DNA from: Octopus sinensis
Lineage: Eukaryota
Direction of reading: 5' to 3'
DNA: 64,000 nt
Assembly (NCBI RefSeq): GCF_006345805.1
Contig: NC_042997.1
Coordinates: 55,614,001 to 55,678,000, forward strand
Below, one piece after another: positions 26,121 to 40,100 of this stretch. Positions within the stretch are counted from its first letter, which is position 1. Each line of letters begins with the position of its first letter. Under the pieces are notes generated by a model. That model made no database searches, was not told where the DNA came from, and was given only the letters and a program-made list of their open reading frames with translations. The translations under genes were made by a program, and so were the position numbers.

Positions 26121-28187
26121 GCACACACATTAATTTATATATATATGCGTGTGTGTATGTGTGTATTCGTATATGTATGTATGTAGTTGTGTGTGTATGT
26201 ATGATCTATGTAAATCCATCCACACACACACACTCACACACACACACAGCTTATTGAATTATCATATTTTACATTATATGACATTATATCATATTGCAAT
26301 GTCAAAATCTCTCGCTCAATCTACGAGACACATAGTTCAATTACGCCTCAAATTCGCTGTTATTTTTACCTTGCTGTAAATTGTTCAAGAGCGCATATGG
26401 CTTCTCCCGTCTCCCTCTATGTTCGTTCCTCATCACCCCACCACCACCCCACCCAAACAATACATACACACACAAACAAACAAAGAAACGGAGATGTATA
26501 CACATTGTTATATATATGTAGGCATACAGATATATATAATTACACTCATATAATTATATGTATAATTATATATATATATACACATATATACATATATATG
26601 TGTGTGTGTATGTGTGTATGTGTGTGTGTGTACTCACATATATAATATGTATGTATGTATGTATGATGCTGAGAAATATTTTGTTGCCTATTAAAAACTA
26701 GTAATACAAACCCGTCCATGATACCAAAGCCATTTTTTGAAAAAGAGAATTAGCTATCAGAAGACCAGTTGTTTCTGATGAAGATTTAGAACATTCCTCG
26801 TTTCCTCTTTTCCTTCATCCCATTTTTTCGCATCAATTCCGCAGCAGAATTTATCTGTATAATATCTTAAAAATTAGTTTTTATTCAATTTAACAATGGC
26901 ATCGACAATTGACATATCCCTACACATCTACACATTTCAGTACACATCGACACATACATAGCAGCATTTAATGATTACCCGTGCGTATACATTTTTAAAA
27001 CAATATAATTACTTTGTATTTTTATATAAAATAATAATATCATTATATACAAATAGAGAAAAATTATATTAAAAGAAGCAAGAAAACACAACAAACAAAC
27101 ACTGTAAAATATTTATGCATATCAGCAGAAAATTATGAAATAAAAGCAACGCAACCATCGCCATCAGTAACAACGACAATGAACATTGCAGCAGTAAAAA
27201 AAAAATTATGTTGGTAACGGTGGTACCGGTGGTGGTAGTGGTGGTGGTGGTGTTGGTGGCGGGGCTGGGGCTGGTTTAAATCAAATACTCTAAGTTGCAT
27301 ACACTGAAGATTTACTGTATACACATAGCATTGGTTCCATACACCAAAGGTTTAGCCTCCATTAGCTCACACATAGTCAGAAATGTTACTGAATCCTCCG
27401 GGGATACTGCCAAAGCGACAAGTAACCAAAATATTCATAGTGTTTGTTTGTTTTATACATATAATTATTTGGACGCGGAAGGGAGGGTGAAATTTCGCCA
27501 AAAACAAAATAGTATGTATGAAGAAATAAATACAAAACAAAAAAAAACTGAATGTTGTAACGAACAGATTAAGATAAATGTGTCGTTCAGTAGGGGATTC
27601 AATGATGATATTGTTCTGACAGCAGAACATCCAGAGGAAATTAGAATCTCTTTTCCGCTCTTTCCCTCCCTCCTTTCACCCTCTCTCTCCATCTGTCTAT
27701 CTATCTATCAGTCACTTTCTCGTGTTCTCTCTCCCTTTCTTTCTCTCTTTATTTCTCTCTTCTCCCTCTGGTAACCTTCACCAGAAAAGTATCATTTAGT
27801 CAATAGCTGCTAAGATATGCAGCCACCACATCTTACGTCATCTGTCCGATTCACTTATTGCCCTCCGTTTAAATTTATCATAGATATTTAAAATACATAC
27901 ATACATACATACATATATATATAGCTGCAAATGAAAATGTGCATAGACTATCGTGGCTAGAGCCGTTGAGATTAGCTCTCGGGAAAACCGATTCTACGAT
28001 AAGTGTTTCCATTCCTGGTTGTAGTCATTTCACTTCAATAATGCGAATATTTTTAATTGCGCTATTTTAGCTCCACAAGATAAATGGCCAGTCACTAAGT
28101 TTTAGCATGATGCGTTACACTCTATGTATTTGCATGCATATGCAAGTATATACGCATGTATATACTTCTTTGAATATACACACACAC

Positions 28188-28218
<31 letters not shown>

Positions 28219-28291
28219 TACATATATATACACACACACATATATATATATATATACATATACATACACATATACATACATAATATATATA

Positions 28292-28333
<42 letters not shown>

Positions 28334-28340
28334 TATATAT

Positions 28341-29133
28341 AAACGTGCGTCCGTAGATAACTTAAAATTGTATGATAGATTGCCGTCAATTCATTCGCTC
28401 TTACCTGTTTGTGTCTGCCTTCCAATTGCTGTTTTTACTGAGATCTCCCTTTTTAGTAGAAGAAATAGCTATAACTCTTTGACTGCTATTTCTAAATTCG
28501 GTATGTGGTAAGGCAATTCGTTGCTAAACCCTTTATTGCTTAGTATTACTTAAATTTTCCTCGAATGAGGCTTTTACATGCCGAAGACTACTTGGTGTAA
28601 TTGATAATTATTCCAAATTAATTAATTTCACCCTTCATTATACGGATAACCATATTTTATCTCAGTAGATGACCACAGCATCTTGTTTTGGCTACACGCG
28701 GGTGGGAAGGGGCTGGTGACACAATCTTTTCATTCACACATGAATTTGGTGATACTAGTTGCGGATTCTAGCTCGCTCTGATACTGAGTTGAGTTGGTGC
28801 CTTCTAGTATCTCAAAATTCAATATATAATCATTTATGATTATAGTATTCTACGCTGAAGAGAAAAGAAGTTTTGGTAAGGTAGAATTATTTAATATTTA
28901 ATTCTTATGCTTTCCTAAAAACTTGATTTCGAAACGTGCGTCCGTAGATAACTTAAAATTGTATGATAGATTGCCGTCAATTCATTCGCTCTTACCTGTT
29001 TGTGTCTGCCTTCCAATTGCTGTTTTTACTGAGATCTCCCTTTTTAGTAGAAGAAATAGCTATAACTCTTTGACTGCTATTTCTAAATTCGGTATGTGGT
29101 AAGGCAATTCGTTGCTAAACCCTTTATTGCTTA

Positions 29134-29137
<4 letters not shown>
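28341..29137 (+). mobile_element. Retrozyme-like non-autonomous element: 591-bp unit with 206-bp identical terminal direct repeats, inserted in (TA)n
   Basis: 28341-28546 is identical to 28932-29137; an HHR spans the start of the second repeat; no ORF; (TA)n on both sides. Confidence 0.85.
28849..28948 (+). ncRNA. Intact type I hammerhead ribozyme; predicted cleavage after C28942
   Basis: ucuacg (28849-54)-CUGAAGA (28855-61)-gaaa..uuuc stem II (G10.1-C11.1, extended by aaguuuu/aaaacuu and agaauua/uaauucu)-GAAAC (28931-35)-GUGC-GUC-cguaga (28943-48). Perfect 6-bp stem I. Confidence 0.88.
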
Positions 29138-29197
<60 letters not shown>

Positions 29198-29689
29198 TGT
29201 ATATATATATATATATATATTATATATGTGTGTGTATATTTATGCATGATAGTGTCCACTATCATATCTCTAACCACGATTCTATGCCTGTGACGAGAAA
29301 TATTTCCATGAATGAAAAGCATCAATGAATTGACTGCTAAGATGGTCAACATAAATAAATTCTTATAGAACCTTATTCACAATCTAACCCAGAAAAGAGT
29401 AACAACCACTTTGAGGTTCGTTGTTGCTTTCTTTCTCAGTTCAGTGATGCTTATAACATGATATAACGGAGGTATTTCTATGAATTGTATAAGCGTCACT
29501 TAGTCACATCTTCTTTCCACTCTTGTGCTTGTGTGGCAAATGCTGACTTTTAGTCGTTTGAGATTTTGTATTCATGTATCTTTTAATTCTTTAAATCTAT
29601 TTAATAAAAAAAATGCCTTGTGGCTTTCTAATCAGCAATACCCCCTCATTGGTTTATACACAGCCGTCGTTGTTGTTGTCGTGGTCGTC

Positions 29690-30175
29690 GTCATTAACTC
29701 GTGTCCGAGTATCAAATCTACAGTGGTGAGTGAGCCTCTTCATTTTGATGGGTGTGGAGGGTGCTGGTAGCTGAGGCCAAGGGCGGTATAGAAAAGCCGG
29801 GGGCTTTTATCGCAGGGGAAGGTTGATGGGGGACGAGGAAGTGCGAATCGTTCTTTGCGTCTTCGACGTCTCATCTCTGCTTCTTGACGTCTGTTATTTT
29901 CTATCATGTCTGTTCCCTCGACAATGACATACCGCCACTTTGAACGGTCGTTAGCGACTGACTCCCAGATATGGAGCAGCGGAGGAGACTGGCCTTGAGC
30001 TGGTCTCCGAAACGGAATTTGGAAGCTCCGCGTGATCTGGTGCCAGAGGCCAATTCCGCAAAGAAGAGTTGACGGGAGGATACGCGATAGAGGCATATGC
30101 ATGATGTATCTCAACCAGCAGAGGCGGTGTCGTGCCATAGTAGCATTAATGCTGGACAATCCGACCCGGAGCAGA
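29690..30175 (-). mobile_element. RTE-clade LINE 3' end (pseudogenised ORF C-terminus)
   Basis: SINATMARHRLCWLRYIMHMPLSRILP..WESVANDRSKWR..EG..RRRRRKER..STFPCDK..RLFYTALGLSYQH matches the RTE C-terminal pattern (LRWLGHVxRM..WE..A.DRxxWR..C..C.R....GL.SH); short (GAC/AAC)n tail. Confidence 0.85.
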
Positions 30176-31049
30176 ACCTCTTCGTTGGTAATTCAGAAAA
30201 TTATTATACGTTATTTTAATGCCTTGTTTACGGAATATTAATTTGTACAATGCTTTACATTGAAAACGCTAAGTCTTCAACGTTTTCTCAATAAAGTCCT
30301 AAATTGTAAACTAGCTTTCATATAATTAGAGGTACAAAAATTAGAATCTGTAATAAAATTATAGAACTTGTAGTATTCGAAGCAATATTACATAAATGTC
30401 TCCATCAATATGCAGATCACAGTTATAATTACTGTTGAAGTTAGATGCTATGTCTACATCTGGTGGGCAGCTGACGTTCTCAGAAGTATATTTGTTTTAT
30501 CTTACATTCAATACAATTTGAATCCCTTGATATCGAATAAGTGCTTTCTCGTGTTTTTCACAAAGGTTATTTCGCAGACGTTGCTTTTTATCTGCTTGCA
30601 TAATCTGTTTTTTCTTTCAACAATTGAACTATGACCATACTTGAGGACTTCCTTCAGTTTTAGTCAATCATATCGATTCTCTAGCAGTCTGGCAGTTATT
30701 TTATTGAACTATATTTATCGGAAACCAAGTTGTCTTTGGTTATATAAAGACGCAGCACCTTGTTTAGACATAAACAAGGTCATTGACACAAACATAGACT
30801 CACACTTAAATCTAGAAAGACGCATATACCCAAGCTCATATACACACATACACTTGCACGCACATTTCTATCTACCCACGTTCTTTCTCTCTCTCTCTCT
30901 CTCCATCGCCGATAAGGCTCCTTTCCAAAATGCGCCAGAGAAAATTTGTTTGCTTGTTATCAGTCGTAAGACACTTGTTGTTTTCACCGTTAATGCTTCT
31001 GTATTTCATGTTTCTGTATTCCATTATTGTTTTTGCCTTTTATATTCGT

Positions 31050-31312
31050 CCTTTTTGCTGTCCCGGTGTTCGTATGCATTCGATCCTTCTTCCAGGAAAT
31101 CTACGCTCCCAGCTTAGTTTTTCTAATGCTCGTTGCTTAGTTTTTCTTGGAGGGCTGGCCGGATCTAGTAATCTCAAGATTAATCAGCCGAAATTACTAC
31201 GATGATCCGGTTCTTGACTGAAGACTGAGGGTTTCGAATGTCCTGTCCGTGTTTATTGTATCGTCTTCTAAGAGTTATACGTTCTTGTCTATGTTGTATT
31301 TTTCTACATACC
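31050..31312 (+). repeat. Interspersed repeat next to (TA)n; same family as 55480-55720 (possibly PLE-LTR-like)
   Basis: aatctcaagattaatcagccgaaatt..gatgatccggttcttgactgaaga.tga.gg.ttcgaatgtcc.gtccgtgttt is shared with the reverse complement of 55480-55720. Confidence 0.7.
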
Positions 31313-31324
31313 TTAATATATATA

Positions 31325-31377
<53 letters not shown>

Positions 31378-31381
<4 letters not shown>

Positions 31382-32238
31382 GTCTGATCAATAAGTATTC
31401 GGACTGTTGCCATCGCAACGAAGCTGAAGAACACAGAGTGAAGCCCCTTGGCACATATTGACCTTGAACTCTGCTGTGCATGCACACTAAGTTTTACTGT
31501 TCTAGCTTACTTCCGTTGTTTACAGTAATCCTTGGGAGGAAGGTGAGTAGCGAATGTGTGATCGTCACATTAACAATTACAGAAAAAGTTAAGCAGAGAA
31601 TCTGCATCAGATTTTGCCAAAAACTTGGCGATACCTGCTCAGGGGCCTACACAAAGTTTTCAAAATCTTTTCATCGATCTCGTCGCAGTCAAAGAGATCA
31701 TGTGTAACTGAAACCCGATTGTTCTTTTTGGTCAGCTAAAAGCAGTTTTGGCACAAACTTGGCAGACATGCGTCTCATACCCAAAACTTCAGTGATAATG
31801 GACTGAACTGAACCGTAACTAATCTGCACATCCTCTGATAACTCACGGATAGTGATTCGACGACTTCCCCTCACAGCTGCATGCACATCTGCGATATTTT
31901 TGTCAGTTCTGCTGGTTGCGGGTCTCCCAGAATGTTCGTCAATATCGACATTTTTTCGGCCATCTTGAAATGTCTGAACTCATTCACTTACTGACTCATA
32001 CTTACTGCAATTTTGCGTAGGACTCTGGGTACGTATCACCATGACAGCTTTCTCTGCTATGATCAATGCAACGATCGCACGCTACACATTGCTATAACCA
32101 ATGAAAGTGAGTTTGAACGTTAAAAGCTTGTGCGCATGCACAGCAGAGTACAAGGTCAATCTTAACCGAGCGGCTTTACTCTGCATGCTTTAGCGTCGTT
32201 ACTATGGCAACAGTCCGGATGCTAATTGATCAGATCTC

Positions 32239-32239
<1 letters not shown>
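31378..32239. mobile_element. Mariner-derived non-autonomous element made of two inverted 5' halves
   Basis: TA flanks and ~100-bp imperfect inverted ends. The + strand reads EKVKQRICIRFCQKLGDTC from the left end. The minus strand reads DTYPESYAKLQ..FQDGRKNVD.DEHSGRP..RRITIRELSEDVQISYGSVQSII..LGMRRMSAKFVPKLL from the right end. No catalytic domain. Confidence 0.85.
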
Positions 32240-32277
<38 letters not shown>

Positions 32278-32484
32278 CACACATATAGTGTATATATATA
32301 AGGGGTTATAATCTAAGCTGTGTCTTCTTAAAGTACATCCACATCAGCATGTTCACATTAATGAAGTGTATGCTTTATTTTTTTATTGCTTTCATCCAGT
32401 GGCTGAGGTCATGCGGGGTTACCCGAAATTATGTGATCAGGAAGGAAACTCTTTAGCACAAACCCACATCTGCGACAATATCTG

Positions 32485-32599
<115 letters not shown>

Positions 32600-33742
32600 G
32601 TATGTATATATGTATTCCGCACAGTCAACGTCTATAAAAATCAATTTCAAGACCTTGGTCAGCTGGTGATTATAATAGAAAACACTGACTTAGTGTGCAC
32701 GCACTAGGGTGGTAGAAATCTCGGAACTGCATATATTTCATAAACACACAGCCATGTCTGCACCTATAGAAATCATTTTAGAAATACCATGTAGTATAGA
32801 TTTCACTAATCTACGAAAGACCATTCTCACTGTTTATGTTCCAAATCGATCAATAATTTCTTTGGCTCCTAAGAAATAAATGTTATAAGTAACTCACATG
32901 TGACGAAACTACATCATACAGGAGTATCACGAACAAAGATTGAGTGATCAAATACTTCTACTCACTAACCTTACATGTATATTAGTCAAAATTCTTTTGA
33001 AGCACCAGTTTTGGTAGAAAGATTTACTATATTAGATTTACGTATGAAGAATGTATGTTCCATTGACATTAAAATCTTTAAGATTCTAGCATCGGATAGA
33101 GCAGTGGCTGAAACTTCAAATGAGATCAAACAAGTATAATTTATAACATGACGCATTGTTTTTTTGAAATAGGAAGCAGTTAACATTCCTTCCTTCAACA
33201 CGCATGTTTCTTCTCTTCTCATCACATGCGTCTAACTTGCCAACTCCTGCATTTAACACTGCGGCGAATCATCTCTCCATTCTGAAATGATTTCTGTGGA
33301 ATGTGCTTCTTGTTCACGGCTTCTGCAGATGTAGACTGACTTACAAACGGGAGCAGAAACAAACACACTAATCCAAGATTTTAATAAAGTAAGTAGTATC
33401 ATGTAAAGAGAGAAGTGAATCTCAAAAGCACTGTGCATTGTGACCACGTAATTACTACACAACTCTCTAAGGCCGAAACTCAACAGATAGATACCCTGCA
33501 CACTAGCATAATTAGCAAGTGTAGCTGACTGTTAGCAGTATCTAGCAATAGTATGTTTTAAGTCAACGGCAATTGAAATTAATTGCAACATTGTAGCCTC
33601 CTAACTTCCGAGAACGTTAGCAAATAACTACTGGAAGTATGTAAAGGAATAGCAGAAGATATAATGTCAGAACCACAAAGAAACGGTACATATTTGAATA
33701 TATGTACGTATGTGTTTGCGTGTGTGTGTACATACACAAATT

Positions 33743-34038
<296 letters not shown>

Positions 34039-34089
34039 GATGTGTTGTAGCTATTGTCTATAACTCGCTCTGAGATTTATTATTGCTTA

Positions 34090-34125
<36 letters not shown>

Positions 34126-37100
34126 TGTATGTATGTATGCATGTATCTTTCTTTTTCGCTTCTTTAAATTCTCCCTTTCAAGAAAGCACCGTCGGTGCTA
34201 TTTAAGAACCAAAACTCTATTATTGGACTTCCGGTAGAACAGCAAATTGTTACTGAATTTTAGCAAACTTTTGATTATTCTTGATGTTCTAGATTATTAC
34301 TTAAACACTTTGTAACATTAAAAAAAAGTATACCAACAATTATTCATAAATATGTAAATTATAGTCTGGGTAATTTTCAAAACAGCTGACGATACGTATT
34401 CACATTCTCTTTTTAATTTTGAATGAAATGATCATATCCACAAGTTAACTGACTTTACCAGCAGCGTGAATGTACGTATTCATACATGCTATAAGAGAAT
34501 AACATTAATCTCAGTATCTTAATTGGCATCAGAAAGCTCCATTATTCATGAGATTTTTTTCTTATTCTGTTTTTGTTTGTGCAGGTTCATAACGACAATC
34601 GTATGGTAGAAAGATAAATTTCTTCAAGAAAAGAACGCAATTTAATTTCTATTGTATACGTTAAAATATTCTTGAAAATGTACTCCTTATAAAAAAATAG
34701 TCAATCTCATTCTTACCTCAAATATTTTGTTTCTGTTGTTGTCGATTAGCTCCAAATCAGCCATATTCGGAAACATTTACGGTCCAAATTTTTTCAGTCG
34801 TGATCATACCATCTTTTATTCAAACATAATGTATTGAGAATTGCATGAGTTGATAATTTTTATAGCATGAGCTGATATTTTTTAGGCAAGTAGAGAGAGA
34901 TTCGAAGGAGACTTGGCTGCTCTTTCTAGTGTGTAGAGTGACTAATGAGAGTCTCCATTGGTATCTCTACCTGGAATATTGTTATTCATAAACAGAGAAG
35001 ACATTGGAAACCATTGTAATATATTCTCCCTGAGGTACTGTAGCAGAGTAATGAGATATCGTCCTGAAACAGAGAAATTACTAGTAAACATTTTATGAAT
35101 AATTATGATGAAAATTAATTCAGTTCAATTAATTATATTGTAGTAAGATCGATATTTTTCGAAGAATTAATAATTTTCAAAATAAAATTTAGAGTAGCGT
35201 CGGTAAACTATACCATCATGTATTATCGACACAATTGGTCGTGCATTAACACCGAAAGTTAGATGCCTTTGCTGTGAGCATAACGCAGCATCAGTAAGAG
35301 GCAACAGACAACCAACCTTTTGATAGGTAGAGCAAAGTGTATCTACTCGACCATGTAAGAAGTGTCTAATAAAGTATATGGCTACTACTAAATTTCCAGT
35401 TTGTAATGTGTAAGAAATACATATGACGGAAATGCATATTGATTTCTAACTTGGGCAAAACAGCAGTCTTTTTCAGAGTAGATTATAGCTGATTATATGT
35501 AGCCCAGCTCTTGACTAGTATTCACCTTGCCCGGTTTGAGAAGGATATATAACAAGAGCCTGCTTTCTGGGAGATTTGGCTGCTATTTCGAGGGACTAAG
35601 CAGATGCCTTCTCCTTAAATCTCCTTATTGTTGTAAGTCCTGGGTAGAGCAAAATTATGTTGAAAAGTGTTTTGGTCGTGAGATTCGTCTTCTTTTGTAC
35701 ATCAGAAACTATGTTATGCAATTTAACTCAGATCTTGAAGAGAGGAGGCATGTCATTGATGAGGTCGCTTATAGCCACAAAAGAACTTTGACAAACAAAC
35801 AGCCGATTGATTGCTTAAACATTACATTATAGAACCAAACAATTAGTTTGTTAGCTATTCGGTTGAATATCTAACAATAAAGAATATCTAACAATTAAAC
35901 CAGTGCGTGTGTTATTATTGGCGTAATGACCCACCTGAATTACAACAAAGTTTGTTTCAATGCACAAATTCACAACACGAATGCAAAAAATAAGTATATA
36001 CATAGATTTATATACATTATTTGTTAATAAACCGTATGGACCTGGTAGTTTGCCGGCAAAGCACGTTCACTGGCTCAGTATTCGTTGAGTATGTGATTAA
36101 AGAGTGAAACAAGAGGTGGAAATTTCGAGAATCTTTATTGATCACTACAACTGTTTCGACCTAGCTAGCATTGATATCTCATGGGTTGGATATTATACAA
36201 CAGGTTTAAGTGTATCCCTCGGTGTAGTTGTGTGTCCTCAGATGATTTCAAGAGTTATCTCGTTAAAATAAACTCTGTTTCGCAAGATTTCTTCTTGGTC
36301 TTCGTATATAGAAATGACAAATTAAGAAATACAGCTTCATTCTTACAGAAGATCCATAACAAAGATCAGATATAAAAAGAAACAAATAGACAATAAATCG
36401 AAAAATTATTAGATATATCCGTTAGTAGATATGGATATACAGACGCCCACATATACGTGGTCTGGCGACGCACACTCGCTCCTACAAACGCACACACACA
36501 TACAAGCCCACACACACGCGTGGTCTGGCGCAGATACATTCGCACACAAAGTTAAATTGTTATTAATAAAGTCAGTGGCTATTACTGGTTAGTAATACGA
36601 CACCGCCTAGTGAGGAGTCACATATTCTGTGGTGCGATCCACTGGATCTGCTTGGTGTAGTTATAGTTCTTCCGCGGTCGTAAATACGGACATAGATATT
36701 GATATAGCAGATGTGTATTTTTTGAATGAACGGGTAATGAAAGCATCGATGCCAGGGTTAAACTCTCCATTGTAGTTAGTCACAAGTTTTTCACTTATTC
36801 CCAATGATTTTTCATCCAATTAGTGCCAGAAAACAGAGAGCTATGTACTGACCTTCTAAACGTTTGTTCAGTCTTACGAAACAAATTTTCTTTTATAATA
36901 GTTTTGTTTGTGTTAACCTTTCATTACCAGATGTTGCAGGGGGATGGTGAATGGCGTGGGCTCGATTTCTAAATTTAAAACTAAGTAAAATATCTTTAGC
37001 TAAGAATCGAACCAAGATTGTAGAATCATTGTGTAACGGCCTTCACCATATATTTCAATGCAGCTAGACATTGTTTTCTTTGCAATTGGATTTGATAAGC

Positions 37101-40100
37101 ATCAGGAAATCTTAAAATATCTAGTTTTGGGAATTCAAAACTCATCGGAGTTTATTTTTTGGAGGATAAGATATCCATCCACTCATCCATCATTCATTCA
37201 TTCATTCATTTCTTATTCTGCTCACTTTTCCTGGGAGGATCGTAGGGATAGAGTTTTCAGGCACCTCCTCCATAGGGTCGTATCAGAAGCAAGCGTCCTT
37301 ACACTTTCAAGCTAGATTCTAAAGTATGAACAACTATGTATATTATCGAACCATCTCTTTCTTGGTCTACCCTTAGGTCTCCTATTACATGGGTCAGTTT
37401 GAAGAATCCGCATTACGATTCTTTCTTGCGACAAAAAATATTAATAACAGAATAATGAGTGGCGTTTCAGTCGACTAACTTTTCTTTTCTTTCACGGAGT
37501 TGTACTTGTAAACACTCAATTTCTTTTAGAAAAAGGGAAAAGAAAGAAATTTCACTGAATTTTTTTTTTTTTTTTCAATTACCTATCAGTTCATATTTTG
37601 ATACTAGCCAGATATCCTATACTGAACTGTTCTCGCACTAAATTTTTGTGTTGTTTCAGAAGATATATGAAATCAATGAGTCGTAATTATTATGAGCTTC
37701 CAAGATTTCGTGATAAATTTAGAAATTTATTTCTGTAAAACCGTCTGTAAAAAGTGAAAACTTAATGTCTATTTAAAGATTATATATTTTCATAGAGTTA
37801 AGTCCATTTATGTATATCTGAAATCCCAGTAGATATATCAAAGAGAATGATTTGAGGGTAAAAAGCACAAAAAAGAAGAAAAAAACAAGAAGAATAAATT
37901 AACCGTTCCGTGTGAGTGGACGGTATATTAATTGCTGCACATTTCCCCAATGAGTAACAAAAATGAGATTCTGAAAAGAAGTAAATATTTTTCGGTATCT
38001 TTCATTTATGGCTTAAGAGAGCGGATGGCCAAGTGGATAGATTACAAGACACCCGACTAAAAGCCAGGCTGTTTGTATCACGCAACCGACATAAACCTAT
38101 TCTTATAACCTGTAGACTTAGCGCACCATTAGTCTTGTCCACCAGATGCAAATGGGTACAACAGTGTAAAGGCAATTGGTTGTTGTTGGCAACAGATACA
38201 CATTAAAATTCATGACTATTTTTACTCAATTTTCAAATCCAAATTGAATTCCGTTCATAGCCACCAGCCAAGTCCTATCATACCCCCCACAGAAATGTTC
38301 ATTTCCTTTGCTCTTAATACCCAAGAAAACAGACTTTGGAAACATAACTTTAGCCTAGATTTCCAGGTTAATTTCCTGCCAGACCTTAAGTGAGTGAGCT
38401 TGATAGACATCTGTGATAGCTGAGTGCTATATTCCGTTTAGATTCGTTATTTGGACCAATTCACTTCACTTCAGGTACTAGCTATCTCTACAAAAGAGAC
38501 AAGCTGATAGCTTTTCATTTTCTTTACACTAAAGATCTGATATTGAGTCTATTTTTAGAAACGAAAAAGCTTATTTACTGAAGAATCATACGAATACTAT
38601 GTTTTGTCCCAAATCATGCGAATAGGGTTTTTTTGTCCGAAAATCATGGAGTAGACTAAATTGTGATGTACCTTTTGTTTTGTGACTCGTAGTTTCAGTG
38701 GACGTCAACGAATAGCAACTGAATGAAATGCTTCGCTTCACTTTTCTTATGTGAATCAATTAGAAGGCAGCAAACTTAAAATTTAACCTTACGTTCTAAG
38801 TCTCATATTCTCTGAAACAGCATAAAAAGGAAGCAAAGGAAACCCAATTTTCAGATCTCATTTCAAAGAATGTTATAAACAAGCTATTGTAAAAATTGAT
38901 CTAATTCTTAGCAGGGAAAAAGGAGATGAGCGTGGGGTTAAATATGCCCTCAATGAAATTAGGTCTGTGTAAAACTGTGTAGAAAATATCTCCTACTAAG
39001 AATCGAAATCTGATTCCAAACTTTCCTAATCAGCACCTTATCTTTTCTGTAATCGGTCATATCTTGATAAAATCTCTAAATATTCAATACAAATAATTTT
39101 AGTGGGTTTTCCGTCCATCACGACGATAATCCTTCGGTTGTTCGGCCGACTGGACCTTTATACGTGCAACTAGTCTGCAAGTAGCTAAGTATTCCATAAA
39201 TACATGCTCTCTTAACAAAATTCTTAGGCTCAATAAGCGCGACACACTGGATCTTTGAATTGCGGATACAATCTAGAAAGAAAGAGAGAGAGAGAGGAAA
39301 GAATCGATACTGATGGTGCTTTGGTACTTTATTTATGGACCCCAAGATATTATTCCTGATTAAATTTGTAAAACAAACAGTAAGACTGGCATCTGTTACC
39401 TCAAACAGATTAGTAATAATCTTACCTCTAACTTAAAGTGAAATATGAAATAATTTTTATAGGTGAACTTTCAGTTTCAAGTACGTAGGTTGCTCCTTTG
39501 AAATAGCTGGAAAATGATATTTTGATTTGAGTAAAATAATATGTACATTGTGCACACTTACACAGAGAACCATAAAGAAATGTCGTTCTTGTTTCTGTGC
39601 TTTTTAAAAATTTTATTTTAAGTTGTGAGTTAGCAAAATTAATTGTGCAAACACTGCACAAAATGCTCTGCAGTGATTAGGACTTCCCCCATCTGCATCT
39701 TTAGTTCATTATCGATCGATAAAGCATTATATATTCTAGCTAAAAATATGCAATTTTTTTTCCTAGTTTGCAACATAATTTGAATGTTCATGATACAGAG
39801 ATATAGAATAAATATTTATCTAATTTTAGAAATAATTTCTTTGTTTTTCTAACCGAAAAAAAAAAAGAATAACATAAGCACGCACACACCCACCTAAATA
39901 TATTAATAATGGACGCAAGTAAAAAATGGAGAAAGAAATGAAAATGGATAAACGAGTTACTTTCTTCTCACAAATGGAGTTAAATCAAACTGAAAAGCTA
40001 TTTATCAAAAGAAACATAACGCTTTCTTTATAACAACTTTACAATTACTGTTTTTAATATATTTGGCTTTAAACCCTACTCTGTTGGAATTATATATCTT

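Noticed and set aside
31215-31250. CTGAAGA..TTCGAATGTCC.GTC in the 31050/55480 repeat family
   Set aside because: GAAU instead of GAAA, with no stem I or stem III pairing.
34555-34610. Strong-looking splice acceptor (polypyrimidine tract, gcag|G at 34584)
   Set aside because: No convincing donor or reading frame follows; such sites arise by chance in AT-rich DNA.
36140-36250. Minus-strand CUGAGGA..GAAAC-AGUU-GUA with a 5-bp stem I
   Set aside because: No stem II can be formed and stem III is not palindromic; at most a dead relic.
38580-38655. Three ~28-bp imperfect repeats (aatcat.cgaata..ttttgtcc)
   Set aside because: Contiguous degenerate minisatellite without spacers; not CRISPR-like.
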